From: Longimicrobiales bacterium
Lineage (GTDB): Bacteria > Gemmatimonadota > Gemmatimonadetes > Longimicrobiales > Gaopeijiaceae
NCBI GenBank assembly: GCA_965204735.1
Contig: OZ242008.1
Coordinates: 1,792,001 to 1,856,000 of the forward strand
Reading direction: 5' to 3'
Length of the DNA: 64,000 nt
The notes under the pieces were generated by a model. It saw nothing but the letters and a program-made list of their open reading frames with translations. It was not told where the DNA came from and made no database searches. This document shows positions 1 through 9,228 of the stretch, piece by piece. A program made the position numbers and the translations under genes. Positions within the stretch are counted from its first letter, which is position 1. Each line of letters starts with the position of its first letter.

Positions 1-1112
1 ACGTTGCCCGCCCGCCGATCGTTCTCGAGGGCCTCGGCGCGGTTGAACTCCTCGCGCACGTACTGCGTGACCTCGGCGTACAGGTGCGCCTCGGTGTCGG
101 ACAGCCTGTACGGCACCGTGTGGGCCTTACGCTCGGGGAAGAGGGGCGTGCCGTCGAAGCGAAGCAGCCCTTCCTTGACGACGCGACGCATGATGTCGGA
201 CACGTCGGTCACGTGCACGCCGTCCCGGAACCGGCCCTCGAAGCGGTCGCCGTCCAGCAGCGACATGAAGAGCTGGAAGTCCTGTTCCTTGCCGTTGTGG
301 GGCGTGGCGGTCATGAGCAGGAAGTGGCGCGTCAGCCCGGAGAGCAGCTGTCCCAGCTTGTGGCGCTTGGTGTACTTGACTTCGCCGCCGAAGTACGTGG
401 CCGACATCTTGTGGGCCTCGTCGCACACCACCAAGTCCCAGCGGCACTCCGGCGCCTTGAGCAGCTCCTGCACGTCCTCGTTCCGCGACAGCTTGTCCAA
501 GCGCGCGATGATCAGGTCCGCCTCCACGAACCAGTTGCCCGTGAGCGCCGCCTCCAGCTTGTCGTTGGCGAGGATCTCGAACGGCAGGTCGAAGCGGTCG
601 CGCAGCTCGTCCTGCCACTGCTCCGCCAGCGCCCCCGGACACACCACCAGGCAGCGCTCCAGGTCGCCCCGAGCGACAAGCTCCCGCATGAGCAGCCCCG
701 CCATGATCGTCTTCCCGGCTCCCGGATCGTCCGCCAGCAGGAAGCGCAGCGGCTGCCGGGGCAGCATCGTCTCGTACACCGCCGTGATCTGGTGCGGCAG
801 CGGCTCGACGTGCGAAGTGTGGACGGCCAGCATGGGGTCGAAGAGGTGCGCCAGCCGAATCCGCAGCGCCTCCGACACCAGCCGGAACAGCGCCCCGTCG
901 CCGTCGAAGCTCCACGGCCGCTCCTGTGCGACGACCTCCAGGCGCGCCTCGTCGTCCCGGTAGAGCAGCCTGTCGGCGATCCGGCCGTCGGGTGCCTTGT
1001 AGACGAGTTCCAGCGCTTCGGACCCGAACCACTTGATGCCGACGACGGTGGCCAGGCCGTCCGGGAGCACCCCGCGTACGGTGGTGCCGGGGGTCAGGTC
1101 TTCAAGGCGCAC
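1..1112 (-). CDS. SNF2-family helicase of the DUF499/DUF1156 restriction-like system type; 3' part runs off the window
   Basis: Manual translation from GTG at 1112 (absent from the ORF track because it is open at the edge): MRLEDLTPG...LFDPMLAVHTSHVEPLPHQITAVYETMLPRQPLRFLLADDPGAGKTIMAG (Q motif and Walker A), later VCDEAHKM and LLMTATPH (motifs II and III). Confidence 0.9.
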   Translation of the reverse strand, partial: MRLEDLTPGTTVRGVLPDGLATVVGIKWFGSEALELVYKAPDGRIADRLLYRDDEARLEVVAQERPWSFDGDGALFRLVSEALRIRLAHLFDPMLAVHTSHVEPLPHQITAVYETMLPRQPLRFLLADDPGAGKTIMAGLLMRELVARGDLERCLVVCPGALAEQWQDELRDRFDLPFEILANDKLEAALTGNWFVEADLIIARLDKLSRNEDVQELLKAPECRWDLVVCDEAHKMSATYFGGEVKYTKRHKLGQLLSGLTRHFLLMTATPHNGKEQDFQLFMSLLDGDRFEGRFRDGVHVTDVSDIMRRVVKEGLLRFDGTPLFPERKAHTVPYRLSDTEAHLYAEVTQYVREEFNRAEALENDRRAGN

Positions 1113-1299
1113 GGGCGAGGCCTTGGCTGGGGTTTGACGAGGGGGACAGGGGAAGATAGGGTGACCTTACGGCGTTGGACTACATTCCGGGCAAGACGGA
1201 GGAACTCATGGATGGCTGGCACGGGGAGGTGCGGCGGGTGCGCCCGCCTAGCCCGCGTCCTCGGCGATGTGACGGGAAGCGGTCATTGGAGGACCCGAC

Positions 1300-2364
1300 G
1301 TGACACAGGCAGAGCCTCGTACTGAGACTGACGGCCGTGCTCCCAGATATTGGATGCGGTCTCTGTCATTCTTGGCGCTACATCGGATGCTGGCTGAACT
1401 TGGCTCGTTTCCTAACGGCCTACGGGCGGGCGAACTAAATCGCGTGGTCATCGAAAACAAGATACTGCATCGGCAAGGACAAGCACCTAAGCCGACAACA
1501 CTGTATCACTACCGCACCATGTTACTTCGCCTAGGCATAGTGGAACGACGCGGCCTAAAGCTGATTGTTCGATCCGACGATCGCACTGTTGTCGCTCTTC
1601 TGAATTCCCCTCCCCCCCCTGAAGGAGTCGCATCCTTGAATTCTGCTGCGAAGCATCACTTTGCAACGCTGATTCTAAGAAACAAGGACTGCTTGGCAAT
1701 GTTCTTTGGTAGGTTCATCGTTTCGTCGGAGACCGTGTCGGTATCAGACTTCCGTAGCAAGGGTGTACCTGTCAAGTACACGATACGGTATTCTGCGGAT
1801 TGTGTAGAGATTAGGCTAGAGAACTCTGTAACCGGTGACGCACCCCCAATCACATCTCCCCGCACCAGGAAAGGTTCGCCACCTATGGTTCAGGCTATAC
1901 CATACGGGATGCGCTATTGGGCTCGGGATGAACTAGGTCTTATTGATGAATACTGCCGACACGACGACGGTGGAATTGTCATGTTTCCGATACTACAACT
2001 TGACGATAGACCTAAGGGGATTGCATTGGCTGCTCGTAGAACGGCAGGCCAGATTCTGTCGCTGCGTGGACCAGAGGAATGGACCGTATTTTCGGTCGGT
2101 GATCTAATCGTCCAGTGTTGCGAACAGCGTCGACAGCCCATCTCGCTACTGTTTCGGGCGATCGACATACTAATGGACGAGTGTCCGCATTTCATAGTAG
2201 CGATTCCAACACCTAGGCGTCTGGCAACCATTACCGCTGTGTCGCCGGGCCGGGAAGAAATGGAACTCAAACAATACTATCGGTATCGAAGAGCGCACGG
2301 GCCATACGTTGCCCATATCCGCATTCATCGCGATGCTGAGCTACTCGATTCGCATGGGAGCTGA
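1300..2364 (+). CDS. Hypothetical protein, probably winged-helix DNA-binding domain(s)
   Basis: 354-aa ORF with GGAGG RBS at ~1288 and low GC. The segment PTTLYHYRTMLLRLGIVERRGLKLIV resembles a recognition helix plus wing. No catalytic motif recognised. Confidence 0.7.
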   Translation: MTQAEPRTETDGRAPRYWMRSLSFLALHRMLAELGSFPNGLRAGELNRVVIENKILHRQGQAPKPTTLYHYRTMLLRLGIVERRGLKLIVRSDDRTVVALLNSPPPPEGVASLNSAAKHHFATLILRNKDCLAMFFGRFIVSSETVSVSDFRSKGVPVKYTIRYSADCVEIRLENSVTGDAPPITSPRTRKGSPPMVQAIPYGMRYWARDELGLIDEYCRHDDGGIVMFPILQLDDRPKGIALAARRTAGQILSLRGPEEWTVFSVGDLIVQCCEQRRQPISLLFRAIDILMDECPHFIVAIPTPRRLATITAVSPGREEMELKQYYRYRRAHGPYVAHIRIHRDAELLDSHGS

Positions 2365-2476
2365 TTCGGTCCTTGATATGCTGAAGAGGACCAGCACCTG
2401 CATGGTCTACGATCCGTGCGGGCGCCGTGTCGAACGACAACCGAGATGAGACGATAGTGACAACCAAGACTGGGGT

Positions 2477-3050
2477 TGTTATCGGCCACTGAAAATTGCA
2501 CACTTCTGCCTCTTGACGAAGCGGTGGCGCGAGCCCTTGGGCTGTTGTCCGCGTGGATCAAGTACGCTGCGTCTTCATCCCAAGCCGGAGGAAGACACGA
2601 TGTTCAAGAGGGAGAAGCGAGTGTTGTTGCGACGCTACCTCGAGCAGGGGGGTACCGAAGGCGGAGGTCGCCCGTCGCGTCGGAGTGAGCCGGATGACGG
2701 GTCTACCACTTGGATCGAAACCCGGGCAGCTCGATCATGAACTCGACGCCGAGCCCGTGCGGTAACGGGCTCCGGCGACGGACGCCGTCGAAGCTGGACC
2801 CCTTACAAAGGCGATCATCGCCGGGCGGTTGGCCACGTACCCGAAGCTCCCGGCGTCCCCGGCTGTACCCGGGAGGTGCGGGAGTCGGGTTACCGCTCGG
2901 TCGTCCCGGTCGCGGCTCGGCAGCCGGCACCACATCGTCAACATCCGAGGCAACAGCTGGCGGACGCGACGCCATGCGGCTGAGCTGGCCAAGGCACTGG
3001 AGGGCCAGCCGTTGGACGACAGTTCTGGGCGGAGGGAAGGGAATCGTGAC
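2477..3050 (+). mobile_element. IS21-family remnant: left end, frameshifted istA 5' part joined to istB 3' part
   Basis: End TGTTATCGGCCACTGAAAATTGCACAC at 2477. ATG 2600 gives MFKREKRVLLRRYLEQG/PKAEVARRVGVSRMT/..SKLDP across several frames (IstA HTH). HHIVNIRGNSWR near 2930 is an IstB C-terminal motif. Right end not found. Confidence 0.75.
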
Positions 3051-3347
3051 CAAGAGCTGGGGCCGGGCCTCGCCGGAGGCGGCGGGGCAACAGGTGGCCG
3101 GGGCCCTTGGGTGGCAGTTCGAGCCGTGTGGCGGTGCCGCTACTCAAGCGGAACCGGGAGTTGAGGGCGGTGGCGGTGTCTGCCGAGATGCGGAGGTTGG
3201 ACCCGGAGTTCCGGTTTGGATCCCGGCGGACACCCGAGCGGCGGGTGTCCGCGGGCGCGGGAGTGGTCCCGCTCTCGTCATCTCCCGCCGCACGATCCCG
3301 AGCGTCTCATCTTTGAGGCTCTTCGCCTGATGTGGTGGGGAGGGACA

Positions 3348-4423
3348 TGTCAAGCCAAAGTAGAAATGTCCCCCCTGGTGGTGTGGACGATGGGTTCTTC
3401 CTGAGGCCGAGGGCCAGGTGTTGGGCGCAGGACGCGCGGCTCCAGCAAGCCTGGGCTGTACGGCGCAGGGCGCCCTGGTCCGGGCGCTTCAAGGCCAGCG
3501 GCGGCCGGGCGAGTCGAGATCGTCGCCGTGGCCAAGCTCTGGCCGGGTGGACGCCAACGCGGACGGGTCCGGACACTGCTGCCCCGATGGCTCGCAGTTC
3601 GCACTGAGCCTGCCAGCTCGGACGGTCGTGGTGCGCCGAGCGACCTGCGCAGCGCCGGCAAGCCTCGGAGGCACGGATGCCGACACCGCGGTCACGCCCG
3701 ACCTTTGCGGGAAGGGGAGTGCGACCCGCCGTCCCCGCCTGCGGGCTCAGGACGAGGCCCTGCACTGCTCGGGACCGGTCCCGTTGGAGTGGCGGCGCGG
3801 TGTTCCCGCTTGGCCACGGCCTGAGCCACGCTGGCGCTGAAGTGCTTGCTCCACGGGTGATTCCTTCCCGGCTTCGGCGGCTTGGGCCTGGGCTTGGCCG
3901 TCGCGGGCGCGGACGCCGGCTTGGGCGTCGCGGACCGGACCGATCCCAAGGCCTTGGGCGTCAGGTAGCAACCGCGATGCCGGAAGCGCAGCTCGCCCGA
4001 GAGAACGCCGTTCGACGACGACGGGGGAGCTTCAGCTCGACGCGCTCCGCCAGCAGCGTGGCGCCGAAGGCGGCGTAGTCGGGGTCCTGGCCATGGCCAG
4101 CACCCGCCCCCGCGTCTCCGACGGCAGCGACCGGTTCGACCTCCGACCCCGGAGCCCGTGCACGACCACCTCGTCGCCCGCCGCCTCGAACCGGCGGCGC
4201 ACGCGCCGGAAGTGACGTTCGGTCACCCCGAAGCGCGCCGCGCCGTCGGCCGCCGCCAGCACGCCTTCGCTCACCTGCCTCAACACCGAGATCCGGTCCC
4301 GCTCCTTCAAGCTCAACTCCATTTCGCTCCTCTCCCGGGCACGAGTTCGACTCCCGCCGAACATCGCCCGAAAGAGGACATTTCTATCTTGGTAAGACCG
4401 GACATTTCTAAATTGGCACGACA
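3348..4423 (-). mobile_element. IS1202-family (ISNCY) internally deleted, non-autonomous element
   Basis: IRs TGTCAAGCCAAAGTAGAAATGTCC and TGTCGTGCCAATTTAGAAATGTCC (20/24), plus an extra subterminal copy at ~4376-4398. 17-bp direct repeat TGT(G/C)GTGGGGAGGGACA at 3331-3347 and 4424-4440. Confidence 0.85.
3692..4322 (-). pseudogene. IS1202/ISNCY transposase pseudogene (HTH N-terminus and C-terminal tail; DDE core missing)
   Basis: MELSLKERDRISVLRQV...FGVTERHFRRVRRRF...VVHGLRGRRSN, then a frameshift, then the tail PKPPKPGRNHPW. Too short to hold an integrase core. Confidence 0.8.
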
Positions 4424-4466
4424 TGTCGTGGGGAGGGACATGGAACCGGGACGGGGGCACGGCGGG

Positions 4467-5702
4467 TCAGTGCTGGGCGGGGCGCGGACAGAGGTCGAGA
4501 CCGCCGAGGTGGAAGAGAATGGCCGCGGCGAAGCGGTCCTGGTTGCGGAAGCCGCGGCACCGGGCCTTGATCGCTTGGATGCGGCTGTTGACGCCCTCGG
4601 CCGGGCCGTTGGTGGCATCAAGCACGACGGCGTTGACGATGCCCCACAGGTGCGTCCGGACCATCGCCGCCGCCTTCTCGACCGGCTCGAGCCCGGAGGC
4701 CGACGCCCATTGCAGCCAGCGCAACCACGCCGAGTGCGCCCAGCCCCGGCTGCGATATCGCCACAGCTTCGACGCCGCTTCCTTGAGCGCCCAGGCCTGG
4801 GACGTGCGCTCGACGCTCTTGCGCAACTCGGCGAACGCCAGCTTCTCGGCGTGCGTCTTCTTGCCGGCGCCCCGGAGCCACTGGTACCGCGTGCCCGCCA
4901 GCACGGCATTGCCCCGCGCCTTCAGCTCCTCGTGCTCGGCGCGCCGCACCTTGTCCACCGCGTCGCCCAGATGCTTGGCCACGTGAAAGCGGTCGAACGC
5001 CGTCTTGCTGCGCGCGTCGGCAACCCACGCCTCCGTCGCCGCCACGTAGGGCCGCCACATGTCCATCGACACGCTCTCGACCGCCGCCAGCCGCCGCTCG
5101 CCCATCGTGCGGTAGAACGCCTCCAGCGCTTCGCGGCTACGGCCCGGCGCCACGTGCAGCACGTCCTTCGTCTCCGAGTCCGACACCACCGTCACGTACT
5201 TGTGGCCCCGCTTGAACGACGTCTCGTCCACGCTCAGCCGCCGCGGCGTCTGCATCTCGCGACGTGCCAAGCCCCGGCGCACCGCGCGCTCCATGATCCC
5301 GGCGACCGCCGTCCAGCTCAAGCGCAGCCGCCGCGACACCGCAAGCACGCTCGCATCGCGCAACCAGTCGATCACCAGCGACTCGAACGCCGCCGTGTAC
5401 CTCGACCGCTCCTCCGCCCACGGCACCCGCGTCGTCGCCACCCCGTGCTCCGGACACTCCACCCGCGGCACGTCGTAGACCACGAACGTCTTGTATCCCC
5501 ATGCGTCCAGCCCGCGCCACTCCCGGCGCCGCACGTCGTAGCCCGGACACGTCCGCCCGCACTCCGGGCACCGCAACGGCGAGCCCGCCCTGCGCGCCAG
5601 CGTCACCCGCGCCTCCTGGCGCTCCGAATCCTCGTCCACGCGCTCGATCCGCCACTCCGGCCCCAGCCCCATCAGCCGCTCCACCCACTCCCGCATCTCC
5701 AT
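4467..5702 (-). CDS. ISL3-family transposase, apparently intact
   Basis: Zn finger CPECG...RVECPEHG, VPWAE..SRYT, LSVDETS, SMDMW, FDRFHV, TNGPAEGVNSRIQAIK..CRGFRN. Confidence 0.95.
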   Translation of the reverse strand: MEMREWVERLMGLGPEWRIERVDEDSERQEARVTLARRAGSPLRCPECGRTCPGYDVRRREWRGLDAWGYKTFVVYDVPRVECPEHGVATTRVPWAEERSRYTAAFESLVIDWLRDASVLAVSRRLRLSWTAVAGIMERAVRRGLARREMQTPRRLSVDETSFKRGHKYVTVVSDSETKDVLHVAPGRSREALEAFYRTMGERRLAAVESVSMDMWRPYVAATEAWVADARSKTAFDRFHVAKHLGDAVDKVRRAEHEELKARGNAVLAGTRYQWLRGAGKKTHAEKLAFAELRKSVERTSQAWALKEAASKLWRYRSRGWAHSAWLRWLQWASASGLEPVEKAAAMVRTHLWGIVNAVVLDATNGPAEGVNSRIQAIKARCRGFRNQDRFAAAILFHLGGLDLCPRPAQH

Positions 5703-5934
5703 TCGCTCTCCTCGCTCCAAAAGTCACGCCGTCCTCCCGTCCATCCTACGGCGCCCACCGAAACAGGGGAAGAGCCATCTTTGATTCACGCAGGGATCTC
5801 ATTCTGGTAGTGGCTAGGCCTGACGGCTGGCCGGGCCGGTGAGAGCCCTAGTCCTTGGTGGCCATACGGACCCGTCCTCGGTCTGATTCCGTACCCGTCC
5901 GGGAAGCACCGCAACCGGCAGCGGACGCCATCTG

Positions 5935-5963
5935 TTGACACGAAATCGCCGTTCTGGTACCTT
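5935..5963 (+). promoter_or_regulatory. Putative sigma70 promoter for the downstream defence operon
   Basis: TTGACA (5935-5940), 17-nt spacer, TACCTT (5958-5963) preceded by TGn (extended -10); 46 nt upstream of ATG 6010. Confidence 0.6.
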
Positions 5964-6009
5964 GCTATGATCCCACCACCCACCCGCCTTGAACCGGGGA
6001 CTGCACGGA

Positions 6010-7203
6010 ATGTCGGACGTACTGCGGGCCATGAAACTCGCCTTCAATCCATTTGAGCCAACAGCCACCGGAGCCCCGTTGAGGACCCCATTGACCCCGC
6101 CGTCTCGGTTGGAACGGGATGTCCGCACGTTGCTGGATACACTTCAGGGCGGTCTAGGGGTGAAGGTGTTTGTGGTCGTGGGTGAGTATGGCTCCGGCAA
6201 GACCTGTCTCTTGCAGTGGTTGCATCGAATGGTCTTCCGTAACCTGGGAATCAAGTCATTTCTCTTTCACGACCCCGGTGTGCATTTTTATAGACTGGCA
6301 GACACGCTGCTACGGACGGTTGGTCGCAAGAATTTCGCCAAGTTCATTTGGGAACTGGCGCACTCACATGTTACATCCCCGTATCAAGGCAACCTATTCA
6401 GGAAAGGTTTTGAGGAATTCAACCTGTCGATGGGCAAACAACGTGTGTCCAGAAAAGCCGTCGAAGACAATGTTGTCACCAACCTCCAGGATGCCATCTT
6501 GCGAACGGCCATTACATCTGAAGACGAAATCGCTAACTGCCTAGCGAGAATAGTTACGCAGACGGTAACAAAGCCGTATTTTCAGTATAGAGATTTCCTA
6601 CCGCGTTCAGCTAGTGCTGTCGTGGCGCAACATCAGGAACCCTCGTACTTCGGTGCTCTCTTGCGAACAATAGCCCATGGCGAAGGCGCAGATGCCGTCG
6701 CGTTTCTCATCGACGAATTTGAGGAAATAGGATTGCAAAAACGACTCACGCAAAGGGCTGCACATGAATACCTCGCCACCTTGCGTCGGCTTATCTCATT
6801 GGCGCAGGACGAACAAACCAATTTTTGGCTTGTTCTGTCGATGACACCCGACGCCCGCGACAAGACATTTAGTTTGGACGAAGGGCTTCGTGACCGACTA
6901 CACCACGTGATACAGATCAATCCTCTAGACACCGGCAGCGCTGAAGACTTGATGCTTCGGCGTTTGCGAGCCGCGAGGTCAACCTCCGCAGACCATGATT
7001 TGTTTCCGTTTCCTGCTGATCTACTGACAAGATCCAACGGTCCGTTTCCCCCTTCAATACATTCCAATCCAAGGCGGTTAGTTCGAATTTGTTCGGTCGC
7101 GATCGCTCAGGCTAGCTCCGACACGCCCCTTCCGTTCGGCGATAGCTACTTGAAGGATATCGCCGAGCGTCTAGGTAGCAGTCGACACGAGGAGCAGTCT
7201 TGA
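6010..7203 (+). CDS. P-loop (AAA+/BrxD-like) ATPase
   Basis: N-terminal FNPF, Walker A VVGEYGSGKT, Walker B AFLIDEFEE, LRDRL (Arg-finger-like), SNPRRLVRIC (sensor-2-like). The ORF track starts at 5989 with TTG; ATG 6010 preferred. Confidence 0.85.
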   Translation: MSDVLRAMKLAFNPFEPTATGAPLRTPLTPPSRLERDVRTLLDTLQGGLGVKVFVVVGEYGSGKTCLLQWLHRMVFRNLGIKSFLFHDPGVHFYRLADTLLRTVGRKNFAKFIWELAHSHVTSPYQGNLFRKGFEEFNLSMGKQRVSRKAVEDNVVTNLQDAILRTAITSEDEIANCLARIVTQTVTKPYFQYRDFLPRSASAVVAQHQEPSYFGALLRTIAHGEGADAVAFLIDEFEEIGLQKRLTQRAAHEYLATLRRLISLAQDEQTNFWLVLSMTPDARDKTFSLDEGLRDRLHHVIQINPLDTGSAEDLMLRRLRAARSTSADHDLFPFPADLLTRSNGPFPPSIHSNPRRLVRICSVAIAQASSDTPLPFGDSYLKDIAERLGSSRHEEQS

Positions 7204-7204
7204 C

Positions 7205-7942
7205 ATGAGTGCTGACGTCGGCAGCCCTACTGTCTCAGTAATACTGCTAGACACGAATGTATTGCATTATCTGGATTTGTACACAAAGAACGCCAAGAAG
7301 CACCGTTGGTGTCCTTTTGGCAACAAGAAGGCTGACTTTGGTTCGGACAAGAAGCTTAGGGATGCATTCCGCGATGGCAAGACGGTGATGCGTTTCATCC
7401 AAGAGAGCGGTGCCCAGGTCCAGTACTCGCCTATCTCGGAATTGGAACTACTTGCGGGGCGTTTAAGAGGCGAGGCACTGTTGAAGGCAGCTCAACAAGG
7501 GATACCACACCGAATGTGGTCACTGCATAGCGAAAACGAAGTCAGCCGCCGTCTGAAACCAAATACGTTTCGAGACGTTCATCAAGGCATCGATAACTTG
7601 CTCGATATACTTGGCAACGAGCTTGGTGTTGACGCGGTAGTGAGCCATGGAGAAAGGATGATTGAAGTATGGGACATCGCCAGAGGACTATCCAAGATAG
7701 TCTTTTTGGACCCTGCAGATTGCGTTATCTACGCCAGTGCACTGGCGGTCGGAGCGACATACTTCGTAACCGCCGACGGCTACCTTTGGCAGATGGCCAA
7801 CAAGATCAACACATCACCAAAGAAAGGTAAGGGTGCCCAGGTTCGTGCACTCTTGGCCGATGTCGGTCCGGTTGACACGGCCCCGACCTTGCCGGAGGCA
7901 AAACGACCTACAGATCTGCGCAAGTGCGCGACCGTGAAATGA
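7205..7942 (+). CDS. PIN-domain nuclease (VapC-like fold, elongated)
   Basis: ILLDTNVL...ISELEL...LDPADCVIYASAL...FVTADGYL: all acidic active-site positions present. Confidence 0.85.
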   Translation: MSADVGSPTVSVILLDTNVLHYLDLYTKNAKKHRWCPFGNKKADFGSDKKLRDAFRDGKTVMRFIQESGAQVQYSPISELELLAGRLRGEALLKAAQQGIPHRMWSLHSENEVSRRLKPNTFRDVHQGIDNLLDILGNELGVDAVVSHGERMIEVWDIARGLSKIVFLDPADCVIYASALAVGATYFVTADGYLWQMANKINTSPKKGKGAQVRALLADVGPVDTAPTLPEAKRPTDLRKCATVK

Positions 7943-9156
7943 CCCGGTTTACGGTCACATCATCTGACGGATGGCAACGGTGGGTCACACCAACGCCGAT
8001 CAAGCAAAGAGCCATTCATAGGTGGTATGTGTTTCCCCATAGTTTTACCGACGACCTTGTGCACGCTCTAGTTGATGAATGGAATCTCGACCAATCGGAT
8101 CACATTTTCGATCCGTTTGTCGGGGCGGGCACGACATTGGTTGCAGCGAGACATAGACGAATACCGGCCCATGGTTGCGATTTGTCTCCACTGGCAGTAT
8201 TTGCGTCAAACACAAAGGTGGCAAACTATTCCGTGTCGAAACTCGAAACGATTTGGAGGCAATTGAGATTCCACCTAGGTCAGGTGTCGAGAAACTGTTG
8301 TGTGGGGGGATACTCAAAGTTGGTGCGTGAGGCACTTCCCGATGGTCGCCTTGAGGCATTTCATAACCTGGCAGGCTATGTTCTTGACCTTGGATGTACT
8401 AGTGCGGAGCGTCGATTCTTTTTGCTTGCCCTGGTATCGGTGATGCCACGGTTCAGTTATGCCGTACCGAGTGGCGGATGGCTTCGCTGGGAGAGAAGTG
8501 GTCTTGGTGCCGATAAGATCACCGAGGTGTTCTCGGAGCAAGTTGAATTGATGCTGAATGACTCGGCACATGTGTGTCAGGAATCTCGGGGTAGTTGGCA
8601 GGCAGTCAGAGCCGATGCAAGACGAATTCCGGTGCACCGAGAGCGATTTTCTGCGGTAGTTACATCACCTCCATATCCAAATAGGCACGACTATACTAGA
8701 GTGTTCGGAGTGGAACTGATGTTTGCGTTCTTAGATTGGCGGCAGAATCGGGCATTGCGTTATCAAACATTTCATTCACATCCGGAAGCACGCCCGGATC
8801 GGCCGCAGATCGACGGCTACGTGGTACCCGGGAACCTTGATGATTCTCTTGAGGCTGTTGACGACAAGCGGATACGTCGCATGTTGAGGGGATACTTTCT
8901 GGATATGTACCTCTGCCTTCGGGAGGTTGCACGAGTGTGCCGGCCCAAGGCCAGAATCGCCTTTGTAGTTGGCAACGCACAATATGCTGGCCAGTCGATA
9001 ATGGTGGACGAATTTACGGCAGAGCTAGGGGAGACGGCTGGCTTGACCTGTACAGAAATCAGAGTCGTGCGGTGGCGCGGCAATAGCGCGCAGCAAATGG
9101 GGAGGTTTGGACGCAGGGCGTCGCGGGAGAGTATCGTGATGTTTAGGAAGAGATGA
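7939..9156 (+). CDS. DNA methyltransferase, amino-MTase with SPPY (probably N4-cytosine), motif I before motif IV
   Basis: IHRWYVFPHSF, FDPFVGAGTT (SAM-binding), VVTSPPYPNRHDY. ATGA overlap with the PIN stop. Confidence 0.9.
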   Translation: MTRFTVTSSDGWQRWVTPTPIKQRAIHRWYVFPHSFTDDLVHALVDEWNLDQSDHIFDPFVGAGTTLVAARHRRIPAHGCDLSPLAVFASNTKVANYSVSKLETIWRQLRFHLGQVSRNCCVGGYSKLVREALPDGRLEAFHNLAGYVLDLGCTSAERRFFLLALVSVMPRFSYAVPSGGWLRWERSGLGADKITEVFSEQVELMLNDSAHVCQESRGSWQAVRADARRIPVHRERFSAVVTSPPYPNRHDYTRVFGVELMFAFLDWRQNRALRYQTFHSHPEARPDRPQIDGYVVPGNLDDSLEAVDDKRIRRMLRGYFLDMYLCLREVARVCRPKARIAFVVGNAQYAGQSIMVDEFTAELGETAGLTCTEIRVVRWRGNSAQQMGRFGRRASRESIVMFRKR

Positions 9157-9228
9157 CTAGTCGGGGCAGAGTCTTGGGATTCCGGTGTTCCTATGGGGAG
9201 TAGCCGAGGAGTTCACGGAGTGCGGCAG

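Larger units (their letters stand above)
3317..5776 (-). mobile_element. ISL3-family insertion sequence carrying a nested IS1202-like element
   Basis: Terminal IRs GGCTCTTCGCCTGATGTGGTGGG (3317) and GGCTCTTCCCCTGTTTCGGTGGG (reverse complement, ending 5776), 19/23 identical. Perfect 8-bp target duplication ATCTTTGA at 3309-3316 and 5777-5784. Confidence 0.93.

Noticed and set aside
4..1325. Plus-strand ORFs 4..963 and 84..1325
   Set aside because: Antisense shadows of the minus-strand helicase, which carries the real motifs.
5989..9156. Calling the cassette BREX or DISARM
   Set aside because: No PglZ, PglX or BrxC, and no DrmA/B/C are recognisable; only a BrxD-like ATPase resemblance.
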